Of a stretch of 64,000 nucleotides of DNA, positions 12,518 through 24,530 are shown in pieces; within the stretch, counting starts at the first letter, position 1; each line of letters opens with the position of its first letter. The translations under genes were made by a program, and so were the position numbers. The stretch is from Eledone cirrhosa (taxonomy: Eukaryota). The stretch is from assembly GCA_964016885.1 (NCBI GenBank), contig OZ024747.1, positions 12,834,001 to 12,898,000 of the forward strand. The letters are read 5' to 3'. The notes beneath the pieces are model-generated. The model worked only from the letters and a program-made list of their open reading frames with translations. It was not told the origin of the DNA and did not search any database.

Positions 12518-12938
12518 TTAACCCTTTATCATTTATATTACTCTATATATACTAATATTTTTTCACGGTAAAGGCATTACCTCACATAATATCGAATCTG
12601 AGATTTTGATATTTATTTTGTGAACAATACCTTAACATCAGTATGAGCAACTAGTTACAGCCGGTTTGAACAGAAAGAGGTGAGAAAATTCTGGCTGGAT
12701 ACAGTCAGTTTAACCCTTTAGCATTTACATTACTCTATATATACTAGTATATTTTTGTGTTAATGTCTTTATCTTACATAATTATCTCACATAATATCGA
12801 ATCTACAAGATTTTGATGTTATTTATTTTGAGAACAATACCTTAATATGAGTATGAGAGGCAAGTTACAGCCAGTTTGAACAGAAAGAGGTGAGAGAATT
12901 CTGGTTGGATAGAGCTGGTTTAAATGCTAAAGGGTTAA
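12518..12938 (+). mobile_element. piggyBac-type MITE A, tandem dimer
   Basis: Two copies joined at TTAA 12710; right end TAAATGCTAAAGGG-TTAA. Confidence 0.85.
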
Positions 12939-12969
12939 TAAAATAACTGATGTTTAGAACTTAACAACA

Positions 12970-13072
12970 TTTTCTTCAATATAATGGAAGGTTCTAATAT
13001 AAAATTTTCTTCAATACAATGGAAGGTTCTAATATAAAATTTTCTTCAATACAATGGAAGGTTCTAATATAA
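12970..13072. repeat. 35-bp tandem repeat x3
   Basis: TTTTCTTCAATACAATGGAAGGTTCTAATATAAAA. Confidence 0.95.
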
Positions 13073-14300
13073 ATATGAACATTTTAAAATGGACAGCTTT
13101 GTATTATGTAACCAGGGATTGGTGTCAAAATTGTTAATGAAAATGTCAGTTCCTGCTGATTCTTGCTTTGTTAGACTATCTTTTATCATTGTTTTTCTTT
13201 TTTTTCTTCTCTCTAACACTGTTTCCTTTTTAGATTTTAATCAATGGTTAATAAAAAGATGGTTTAGTATTGTTTAAGTTCACTGAAGCTTTTTCTTGTA
13301 GTTTCAATTATAAAAGAAGTTGATAATAAACTCACTCTTGTGTTTAGTGAAAGAAATATAGGTTTATCAACCCAGTGAGTTATTTATAAAGGTGAAAAAA
13401 TAAGCCATTCTTACAATTATTGTAATTCAAATGTTGGTTTTTGACTCATTACACTAAAATGAATAGATGGCATTTATAAGAGATAAAGAAAAATATTTTG
13501 CAGAATATTAAAATAAAATGACAGAAGTTTTTTTTAATTGATTTTTCCCTTCTGAGTAAGATCTGAAAATATCTGCTTGCTTTATCTTGAGTTGAACAAC
13601 TACATCTAGAATTTGAACTTTTTCTCTTCCTTTTTAATTCTAAATGTTAGTGTTGGATTTTTGGATTAGCCGTTACAGCTTTGAGCTTTATTATATTTTT
13701 AAACATATATGTAACAATAATTTCTCTATTTCTACTCATATTTATACTTTTTTATAATACCAAACTGTTTAAAACTGCTTATGTTTCTATGATACAAAGC
13801 AATATATTTTTAAGTGTTTATATTTATCTAAAACCTTTCCATCATAATTTTATGCAAGGACCTTTAAGTTGTGTTTCAGCTACCAACTTAATGAGAAGAT
13901 TATATTACTAAATTCTGGATTACTTGAAATTCATAGACAGTATGTTTCATTAGTAATATGGTAACGGAAGAGTTATAATAATAATTTGTGTATAAACTTT
14001 GTTGAGTAGTTAGAGGAACTAAAAGAAGCTTACATGTTAGAGATATAATGATAAAGTATAAGAAACTAAACCAATAGTAGCGGTACTAAAAACAAAGCTA
14101 GTGTTGTGTTGTTAATACTTCAAGGATTACCAATCATGGTCAGTTTTTAAAAATAATTAAAAAAACGTAATGGTGTTTATTTTATTAACTCTTAACAGCA
14201 TGTTATGGTTAGCAGCTAAAACTGGGTTTGTTAATTCCTATGTCCGTATGCTACAAACATGGGTGAACATTTTTAATAGACTAAAGACTTTAATATTTAA

Positions 14301-14486
14301 TTGTTTCTACTTTTGGCACAAGGCCAGCAATTACCCAGTGTATTACTGGTACTTTATTTTATCGACCCCGTAAGGATGAAAAGCAAAGTTAACCTCGGCG
14401 GGATTTGAACTCAGAATGGCAAGGGCCGTAACACTACGCATCAAAGCATGGCATCCGACCCCTACCGATGCTGCCAATCCATCGCC
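14301..14486 (-). mobile_element. SINE family A with 20-bp TSD
   Basis: TSD CTAAAGACTTTAATATTTAA at 14281-14300 and 14487-14506. Confidence 0.92.
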
Positions 14487-14852
14487 CTAAAGACTTTAAT
14501 ATTTAATGTGATGCAGTCATAGTTCTGTAGTTCTGTTTTATACTTTTTCAAGAATGCCTCTCCTAATGCAGCTGCATACAGGACATTCAGAGTTAAAGAA
14601 AGTCACTCTTGAGGAAGTCATAAGGGCAACGTATGGCATATTGGGCATTTTGAACTTGGAGGAGCTCATCCCTTCTCCAGGTCTGAATACAGTTGATTTC
14701 TTCTAGAGAGGTAGTGAGAAAGAAATGTAGAGAAATAATTAAACCCAGTATATTATCAATCTTGAAAGGCAAAGTTGACCACAGCATTATTTAAACTCCG
14801 AGCTTAGAGAGCCAGAAGCATTCTATCCAACATTTTAACACTTTGTCAATTT

Positions 14853-15350
14853 CATCATCACCGTTTTACGTCCGTTCTTCCACGCTAGCATGGGTTAGAC
14901 GGGTTGTCCTGTTGTGGGTAGTGTCTGGTCGGCTGACCATGCCTTGCTCATACAGGAACTGATTTGGCTTGATTTCTACAGCTGGATGCCCTTCCTAACA
15001 CCAACCTCATTTACAGCGAGTGCTGGGTGCTTTTTCGTGGCGCCTACACGTCCACTTTACAGTGTGGGCTGGGTGCTTTTTTTTGCCGTGGCACCTCCAC
15101 GACCACCTTGCGGTGGGGGGTGTGGGGGCATATTGTCTATATGCTTCAGCTTGTACCCATGGGAGGTCGGGTACTCTGTATTACTGCGTGATGCCAGAGG
15201 TCACGGTCGTGTGTCATTGCCTTTGAGAGGTGTAATTGGGTAAGGTCAGCTTTTATCACCTCATCCCAGGTCATCTTGGGTCTTCCCACTCCGCGGTTTC
15301 CATCGACTTCTAGTGCTCTGCACCTTTTTATGCAGCTGTCATCCTTCATA
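14853..15350 (-). mobile_element. RTE LINE 3' end
   Basis: MKDDSCIKRCRALEVDGNRGVGRPKMTWDEVIKADL on the minus strand, followed by the family 3' UTR and a CAT tail. Confidence 0.88.
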
Positions 15351-16439
15351 CAATCAATTTACCACATACAATCTATTTTAGGTTTAACATCATTTTTAAG
15401 GCAGAGATTTGTAACTGAAATAAATAGGACCAGTGTTTAACAATTTAGGCTTGGAGAGTTTAATACAATGAATGCTAATATTTTATTTATTTTGTTACTC
15501 AGCAGGGAATAGTTATAGCTGGAATATTTTGGACTATCTGTAATGGGTTTTAAAAAGATAAAGGTCTGTTTATGCATTTGTACATACATGCTTGTTTACA
15601 CACACTATCTCCTCTCCACTTCTTTTCTCTCTGCTCATCTCCACTCCCTTTCTCTCTTCTCATCTCCACTCCCTTTCTCTCTTCTCATCTCCACATTGTC
15701 ACTCTCGTAGCCACCCCACATACCACCACCCTTCTCCCCACCACCCCATCTTTTTTCCGCTCCAATGGGTCAGCTTACACATTCTTATACACCCCCCCCC
15801 CCTTCCCCTGTCTTTTCCACACCCCCATCTCTTCTCTACCTACTCCACCCCCATACTTCCTCTCTCATCTCCACTCTTTCCACCCCCATCTCTCTATCCC
15901 CCCCCCCTCCACCCCATCTCTCCCTTCTCATTATAGTACATTCCTTCAGTCTTCTACAGTTATTGTTTTAATGGTGAAATATTGATATCTTTACTGACCT
16001 ACAAGCTATCATCCATTCAGATTTTATCATATGATGCTATGAAAGATCAAATAGTAATATATATACTGTCATTCCTTTTTGCTTTTCTATTTATTAAATA
16101 TAGTTCTCTAGTTTCTTTTTGCAGAGTCGATAATTATGACACATGCAGCACTTATTTAACATGTATGTTTTAGTAAACTTCATACATAAAGTATTCAAAT
16201 TATATTGATAAAATTTATAAATAGATTCATGAGGATTGTGAATATGTGAAATAACAGATCTATAACATGTGTTTGAAAAATATTAATACAGTTTTATTTT
16301 TTTAAAGACAGTAAAGTGTGATTTGAGAAGGATTTGGCTGCTATTCCTAGCAGGTCAAGTGACCACATAGAGGGTCCTTCATTGGCTCTTGGTTTTATGA
16401 CAAAACAGGGATATATCTAAAGTCTTATGGTGAATATGT

Positions 16440-16785
16440 TTAATCTGTTAGTATTTACTTTGCTCTATATTTACTATTGTATTTTCATGGTAAACACTTT
16501 ATGTCACATAATTATCTCATAATATCGAAGCTATGAGATTTTATTATTATTTATTATTATTCCCGCCGAGGTTAAATTTGCCTTTCCTCCTTACGGGGTC
16601 GATAAAATAAAGTACCAGTAATGCACTGGGTAATTGTGGCCTTGTGCCAAAAGTAGAAACAATTATTATTTATTTTGAGAACAATACCTTAACATCAGTA
16701 TGAGTGGCTGGTTACAGCCAGTTTGAAGAAAAAAAGGTGATAGAATTCTGGCCGGATATGGCCAGTTTAAAAGCTAAACGGTTAA
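16440..16785 (+). mobile_element. piggyBac-type MITE A, interrupted by a SINE
   Basis: Family homology on both sides of the SINE. Confidence 0.8.
16561..16663 (+). mobile_element. 5'-truncated SINE family A nested in a MITE
   Basis: TCCCGCCGAGGTTAA...AAAAGTAGAAACAATT inside MITE 16440-16785. Confidence 0.85.
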
Positions 16786-17341
16786 AGATCATTAACATCA
16801 TTGTTTGTCAGTATATCTATTCCAGGTTAAGTGATATACAGTGCGTGCATAGATATATAACTGATATTTCGGGGCTATAAACCTCTTATCAAATGTGGAG
16901 CTGAAACAATTCAAAACAAATGATTGATGTGTTCTTCCTTAACTGTCCTACAGTGTCTGTAATATATATTTCTGTAATATATATTTCTTCTCTTGGTGGA
17001 AAGTGAAATATTTTCAATGATTGAAATGTTTTAATTGGAGTAATGAAACATAATTGAGTCAGTGATTTGTTGTTTTTTGTAACAGTGATTTTAATAATTC
17101 ATTTCTTCTGAGATGTATATTTATTTTAATTCAATAATAATATTTTTATTTCCCATCAATCTATATTAGTGAAGATGATCTGAGAATATTGAATTCCTAG
17201 TGATCCTGCTAGTTTCAGAATCATTTTACGATCCAGAATAGCCTCATGGTGCTGACTTTAACCCTAAAATAGGATTAAACCAACATCACAAGCTAATGAA
17301 CCATTAATTAGTGATTGTTCTAACAACTCAGTTCTTGACAT

Positions 17342-17527
17342 AGGATTAGCAGTATCGGTAGAGGGTCAGATGCCATGCTTAGCAGCATAGAGTTATGAGC
17401 TTTTAGGGTCTAAGTTCAAATTCCACCGAGGTTAACTTTGCTTTTCATCCTTTCGGGGTCGATAAAATAAAGTACCAGTAATGCACTGGTATAATTGCTG
17501 GCCTTGTACCAAAAGTAGAAACAATTA
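17342..17527 (+). mobile_element. SINE family A
   Basis: Homology to the other copies. Confidence 0.88.
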
Positions 17528-17817
17528 TATTAACATTATAAGATTGTTCAGTTCTGTGAATATTTGGGTGTTTCTTTGTCATGGAACCATCTTGTTCTGT
17601 CCTTTGAGGAATGAGATAAGCCTCTGATATATTTCCCTGTGAACTTGGATTAATATTGTTGATTTTTATTGCAATATAAGTAACAATTTGTAGATATTTA
17701 TGTTTGACTAGTCAAAACTTTTATATTTTATATTTTCCTGAAATTCCTTAATTTTCTTAACCCTTTGTCATTCTTAGCTAGGTATGGTATTTGTTGATAA
17801 TAATGGAGATATAAGTA

Positions 17818-17953
17818 AACAGTGGTGAGAGCTGATCTCAGATTGCTGAAGCTCATGGAGGAGATGACAAAGGAATACAAGTGGAGAGATGCTGTACTGA
17901 GAAGGACCTGTCCAACCCATACAGGCATATAACAATGGACATAAATGATGATG
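17818..17953 (+). mobile_element. RTE LINE 3' end fragment, short-UTR type
   Basis: Diverged homolog of 42882-43030 (GCTGATCTCAG...GAGATGACAAAGGA...TGGAGAGATGCTGT...ATGATGATG). Confidence 0.75.
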
Positions 17954-18694
17954 TTAATGTTGCTCCTAATGTAGGCAACCAGAAATAGGGGTTTAATTAA
18001 TTTAGAATTACACAATCTTGGAGGGAGCTCACCTTTTAGATATATCAATGTAATATAATTAACAATTTGTAGGTATTCTATAATGGTTGACTTGTCATAA
18101 AATTTTATATTTTATAGGTGTCCTGAAAAACCTTAATTGTTTTAACCCTTTGTTATTCTGAGTTAGGTATGATATTTGTTGATAAGGATATAAGTAGATA
18201 AATAGATTAGACATATACCTCTCAGTTCAAGTAGAAAATCTCTCCTCAGTCACAAAGAATTAATAAGAAAGACAGAGTGTAATTTATTATGTGAATGTGA
18301 AGTAGTTTTGACAGCTATCTCGGTTGATATTCAGTTTCTTTTCTCCCTACTTAATTGTCATGACTGAAATGTGACAAGATATAAAATATTTATTACTGAA
18401 GATATCTTCTAGAGAAGATGTAGATGATTGATATTATTGAATTAATCTCTTCCTATAGGGTGGATATTGTTTTATTTTATTTCTTGTTTTATTTTATATA
18501 TGTTTAAATATTCCTATATCGAAGAATCGATTAATGATAAATTTCTAACTGTTCACTTTAAACTTGTTAATAAGAACTGAGGAGTTTTGTCATTTAATAA
18601 TAGGTCATTCATAGAAACTAAAATTAATCTGAATCAGAACAACTTTAATATCATCTTTAATTCAAGATTGATTAAAAGAATTCCATCTAAATGT

Positions 18695-18893
18695 CAGGAA
18701 TGTCAAATATGCGGCTAGTGGGCTGCATACGGCCCTTTACAAGTACAACTGTGGCCCACACAAAGGTTTTTACAGTGCAAGCATGTTTTATCTTCGTAGT
18801 ATAAAATAAAAAAAATTGTTGTAATGTGCGCAATTAGTTGTTGTGTGACCTTCAGACAACACGTGACCCATGTGGCTCAGTTTGACATGCCTG
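18695..18893. mobile_element. hAT MITE, same family in opposite orientation
   Basis: TIRs CAGGAATGTCAAA / TTTGACATGCCTG; ATCTAAAT on both flanks (offset by 2 nt on the left). Confidence 0.85.
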
Positions 18894-20047
18894 ATCTAAA
18901 TTGTTCAGGTGAGCTTATTACAAAGATTTGATCTTACAAATGGCATCTGTTACTTCAGTTTAACTTCCTTATAACTTTGTTTCTCTCTCGCCTTCTTACA
19001 ACATATGTTCAATACCTATATATGTCGGTCAGTGTATGTTAAGTTTATTAGTCAGTGCGTGAGTTTGTACAGGCTGTTTTACTTTGATTGATATCAGCTG
19101 TGTACATTTGATCAGGGTCATTTAAAAGCTTAACACCTTGACAGTGTCTGTTTTTTTTTTTTTTAATTCTTTTCCACCAGGTTTCAACTTTGTAAGTTCC
19201 CTTCCAAGTCATATACATGTTGATTAATATTTAGTTAAAACAAAAAATACTCAAAATTTAATTTAATAAATCTGGGAAGGAAAAATGTTCATTAGGAGTT
19301 TGGTAGTTACAGAAAAGATAGAGCAATGGACTAAATATCAAAGTACATTCAGTTTTACTCCTTTATGTTTTGTATTCAAATTCTATTGAAGGGTGGCTTT
19401 ATTTTTCCAGAGGTTTCAACTTTCCCTGTCCAATGGGGGAGAACTGCCACCCACTTTGGGGTGGATGAGAGATGTCTTCTCTTGTGAAAATTGGTATAGA
19501 TTTCATTATGTAAAATCTCCCCATTTTGCCTCATTTCTCCCCGTTTTGGGTCACTTTTTTTCGTGGTACTCCCTGTTTGGATTTTTAGAGGTTAGCAGGT
19601 CTGCCTTTCATTCCTTTTGGAGTTGATTAAATAACAACCGGTCATGTATTTATTATCCATTAAATTTGTGATGCCGTGCCTTCTTATCAAGAGAACAACA
19701 ACATAATATTTTTTCTTATTTCGTCATTTATGTAATCCTTTAATCTCTTAAGACTAGTTATTTTTTTCCTACTATAAGTCTCTGTCTAGTTCAACAAACA
19801 CCTACACTCACAAATTTGAACAGGCGTAATGCCATAAACATGCTTTAGGAGTGAGTCATTATATATAGAAAAAGGTTTGTAAAAGAAAGGTAAATAAATT
19901 CTGTTTTGCTTCAGAGATTTCTTGGTATGTTGAAAATATTTTATTTCTATTCTATTTGAAGCTTAGCCTGACATACTTCAAGTCTCTAGTGTTGACTTGA
20001 CTTTTACTTTTCCCATAAATACTTTGATACAACACGCACACACACTG

Positions 20048-20167
<120 letters not shown>

Positions 20168-20816
20168 TCACTCTCTTTTTCTCTCAACTCTCTCTACCTA
20201 TTTCTTTCTTTCCCTGTCTCTTTTTCTGTCAACATGTCTCTCTCTCTCTACGTGTCTCTTTTTCTGTCAACATGTCTCTCTCTCTACCTGTCTCTCAACA
20301 TATATCTCTACCTATCAGTCCATCTCTCATTCAACCTGTTTTTCTTTTGCTCTCTCTATCAACCTATTTCTCTCTCTCTCAACCTATCTCTCTCTCAACC
20401 TATCTCTCTCTCTCTCTCAACCTACCCTTCTCTCTTTACCTCCTCTCTCTACCCCCTTCTCTCCCCCACTTCTTTATTTTATATTTACTAGTCAGACTTG
20501 ATATGATATTTATAAATCTGTTTCTATATCCTTATAAGCCACAATGAGCTCTGGTCATCTTACTGGTTGTTTATCTCTTTCTCTTGATTCACCTATATTT
20601 AGCAGAAAGTTAAATATAGGTGAAACAGTTTTTTAACCCTTTTTGAGACAGCATGGTCACAGATGTACATAACCAACATAGTTATTTTTTAATTGTTTCC
20701 TAAATGTCTTACAATTTATATTGTAATAAAGTATTTTTTTTTAAATTTAAATTCTTTGGAAATTTCGAGGAAGGTAGAATTACTGATATTTAAGTAACAT
20801 TATTATTTTATTTTAT

Positions 20817-20998
20817 GGATTGGCAGTATTGGTAGAGGGTCGGACGCCATGCTTTCCAGCATAGTTACGTCCCTTTACGATCTGAGTTCAAATCCCGCCG
20901 AGGTTGACTTTGCCTTTCATCCTTACAGGGGTCGATAAAATAAAGTACCAGTAATGCACTGGGTAATTGCTGGCCTTGTGCCTAAAGTAGAAACGATT
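20817..20998 (+). mobile_element. SINE family A
   Basis: Homology to the other copies. Confidence 0.9.
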
Positions 20999-21190
20999 AT
21001 TTTATTTTATTTTTTTTTTATATTTTGTAATGAAATTTTCCATGAAGCATATGTGGTATGATTTTTATAAATTGGTATATTTGCAAATATTTCTGGAGTC
21101 GTTTTTAATCATTTAGCTTTACATAATAGTTCTAATACTTTTCAATCATGTTTTCAGTTTTGTAGATAAGTGCTTTATAGTTTCACCTCC

Positions 21191-21429
21191 TTAACCCTTC
21201 CATTGCCATATTTCTAATAAGATTGCCAATGATTTTCAAATAATTTAGAAATTTATCAAGAATTGTGTATGTGTGTGTGTGTGTGTGTGAGTTTGAGAGT
21301 AATATAATTATCTTTCTCATTATGTTTCAAACTTTATCTTAAAGGTTCTTATATAAAAATTATGATGCAAGGTTTTTAGATAAATATAAACACTTTCAGC
21401 TTCAGGTGGTTTGGTATCAAAAAGGTTAA
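21191..21429 (-). mobile_element. piggyBac-type MITE B
   Basis: TTAA-CCCTTCCATTGCCA ... TGGTATCAAAAAGG-TTAA. Confidence 0.75.
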
Positions 21430-21542
21430 ATTATTTGTGATTAGATTAAAGCCTAGCATTTGTGAGTTTATTTTAGTTCTTTTGTTATTCTAGATGATGT
21501 TTACTGGAAGTGGTTACATGAGTTGTCAAACATTTGGTACAT

Positions 21543-21982
21543 TTAACCCTTTAGCATTTACATTCCTCTATATTTACTATTGTATTTTCATGGTAAAGGC
21601 TTTACCTCACATAATATTGAATCTATGAGATTTTGATGTTATTTATTTTGAGAACAATACCTTAACAGCAGTATGAGTGACCAGTTATAGCTGGTTTGAA
21701 CAGAAAGAGGTGAGAGAATTCTGGCCGGATACAATCGGTTTAAATGCGAAAGCATTAACCCTTTCGCATTTACATTACACTATATATACTATTGTATTTT
21801 TGTAATAAATACTTTATCTTACATACTATCTTACATAACATTGAATTTACGAGATTTTGATATTATTTATGTTGAGAACAATACCTTAACATCAGTATGA
21901 GTGGCCAGTTATAGCTGGTTTGAACAGAGAGAGGTGAGAGAATTCTGGCCGGCTATGACCGGTTTAAATGCTAAAGGTTTAA
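21543..21982 (+). mobile_element. piggyBac-type MITE A, tandem dimer
   Basis: Two copies sharing TTAA at 21755. Confidence 0.88.
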
Positions 21983-21984
21983 AC

Positions 21985-23100
21985 ATAGTTAATCCTGTAA
22001 TAATATCAATCAAAACATAAAGTAGGTCTTTTCTGATGGATCATCCGAGTCAATCATCTGCACTAAGTTGACATCAAGTGTTGTGTTGTCATGCACTCTT
22101 CTTTCAATTAAAATATCAATACCTGTATGAGAGTTTGATTTCCATCTCAAAATTTGATGTCACCTCTTTGGCTTCAATTGAGATGCTTTTCCAGGTGTTT
22201 TATAACTTTATCAAATCTTCAAGGAGATATTTTTATATCCAACATGGCATCTCTAGATTGAATGACTTTATTGCAAATATCTATTGGAGCCAAGCCAACA
22301 TTAACATACACAAAAAAATTAGATATGCTCACACTGTATTTACTTAATTCCCTTCTTCACTGTTAAACTCTCAAAGATCTTGCCATACTAATTAAACACT
22401 GTGATATGAAAAATGTTTGACACTTTAAGGCTGTCAGAACTCCTAGTTTCTGACATGCTGTGTAGAGAACAACCTATGTATTTAAGTAATTCCCACCCTT
22501 TTTGGCCTATATCTGAACAAGTTATAAATCATTTGAACTATTGTAAAATATGTTATTGCTTCCAATATACACAGAGCTGTGTAGTTTTTGAACAAATTGA
22601 AAGTATTGAGTGCAGGATAGGCACACAGGGAAAAGATGGCAATAGATCAATGTTCTAGTATTTTGATTGAGCATCATTGTACTTTCCAACCATGTTTGCA
22701 CCAGTGTTATAAGGCCCTGAATTCACTCTAGAAATGACATGCTTTTCCAAGACATCAGTGAAGGGCATCCAGCTGTAAAATACCCAGCCAAATTTACAGT
22801 CCTTGCTGGAGCAAGATGTCACATATATATATATTCATCCATCCACCCTTCTGACCCACCAATGGGTGGTGCTGAGAATTTTTGTTCACACATATTTCCA
22901 ATTTCCATCATTTATTACTGAATGCATTTTCTTGCAATTATCTTGCTGAAAGGTGTTAATGCTAAATCAATTTAAACTTTCTAACATCAGGAAAATTAAA
23001 TTAGAATGCAAGCAAGTGAATGCCTTTTGGCAGCCTGAAGCTAAACAGTGGCAGATACATTTTATAAATGTGTAATATTTGTCTTTATATTTCTGAATCT
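21985..23100 (-). pseudogene. Decayed hAT (ZMYM1-like) transposase
   Basis: Minus-strand peptides in shifting frames: YNTGANMVGKYNDAQSK (cf. YDNGANMSGKYNGVQA), EAITYFTIVQMIYNLF..WELLK, LHSMSETR, NKVIQSRDAMLDI, WKSISIEAKEV. Upstream boundary uncertain. Confidence 0.75.
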
Positions 23101-24323
23101 CTAAAACGTTGAATTAATGTTGGCTATTAACAGTATCTACTTCATCTGTTCAAAGTCCGATTTATTCTGTCTGTCCAATACAGTACAATTATTTATATCG
23201 ATGTTGTTGATCGTTACAAAAAATTCAATTGCATTATAAATACATTCACCAATTGTTGACACAATGGGAAATCTTCTTAGAAAGGTTATTATGACATGAT
23301 AAATTACTAGTACAATAAAAGATTTACATAATACATTCAATCAGTTTAAAATATATTTGAATGTCTTGCAGTAGTAATCTGTCTGTTCCAATTCACTTAA
23401 AATACTGCTTTTTTAAAGAGGTTTCAACAAGATCTCATTCAATGTCAACAGTTTAATGATCTATTTAGTTAGTTACTTTGACATAAATACACTAATGGAC
23501 ATAATAGAATTTAAAGTTTATTGACTTATGAGATAGGTTTCTTAATGGTCGCTGGTTGCCAATTTCATCTACTACCAATTTATTTTCATAGTGATAATCC
23601 TAAAGAAACTGTCATGAAAAGATATTCTTTGATTGGTTGAAGTATAATTTTCTTTAATTATTTATCACCAATAGACTTTTCTGTGTATTATCAAGCTTGT
23701 TTAGCAAGTTCTACTGTTCTTACTGAGGTGGTTTCCTAGATACATCTATATTAGTTATAGAAAGATTTCTGGATATTTTTCTATCATTCACAAAGCAACT
23801 ACAACAAAAGAAATAAAACAACTCTTTTGTCAACCAAAATGAAAAGGTCTGTATGATATTTTAAGAATTGATAACCTAGTTTTATACTGAATATATTTTA
23901 GTTAACTTTAATTTTCTGCTGTATAGATTTAATTATAAAATTAAAGTTTATCTAACCATGCATATCTATAAAATTAAAATAATCACAGTACTGTTATATC
24001 TTGTAAGATTTAGTCTTAAAGTTAATCACATACATTATATTATATTATATTAGAATATATAATATTATGCTACATATTATGTATGTATATATATATATAT
24101 ATATAATGTGTGTGCGTGTATATGTGTATGCAAGCAGGTATGCATACATGCAAGCATGTATGCAAGCATGTATGCAAGCATGTATGTATGCATGTATGTA
24201 TGCAAGCACATATTTATTTATCTATGTATATATGTAAGCATGTATTTATTTATCTATGTATATATGTATATATGTATGCAAGCATGTATTCATGTATGTA
24301 TGTACGTGCATGTGTGTATATGT

Positions 24324-24530
24324 GAATTGAAAGAAGACGAGCGCAGGACAACAGAACACTTGATGTCAATATGGTGGAGATGATTGATACAGATGATCTA
24401 TCAGAGAAGCTCTACTTCAGAAAAATCTTTGTTTTATGTTTTGATTGATAACATTATTGCAGGATTAACTGTACATTTTAATGCAGCTAAGAGGCTGGCT
24501 GAAAACTTTGATATCTTGTGGGAGTACATA
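24324..24530 (+). pseudogene. Second hAT transposase fragment of the same family
   Basis: LFYVLIDNIIAGLTVHFNAAKRLAENFDILW; DNA aligns with the reverse complement of 21985-22112. Confidence 0.72.

Noticed and set aside
20588-20624. 14-bp AT-rich hairpin as a terminator or ncRNA
   Set aside because: Isolated, AT-rich, eukaryotic context; no supporting features.
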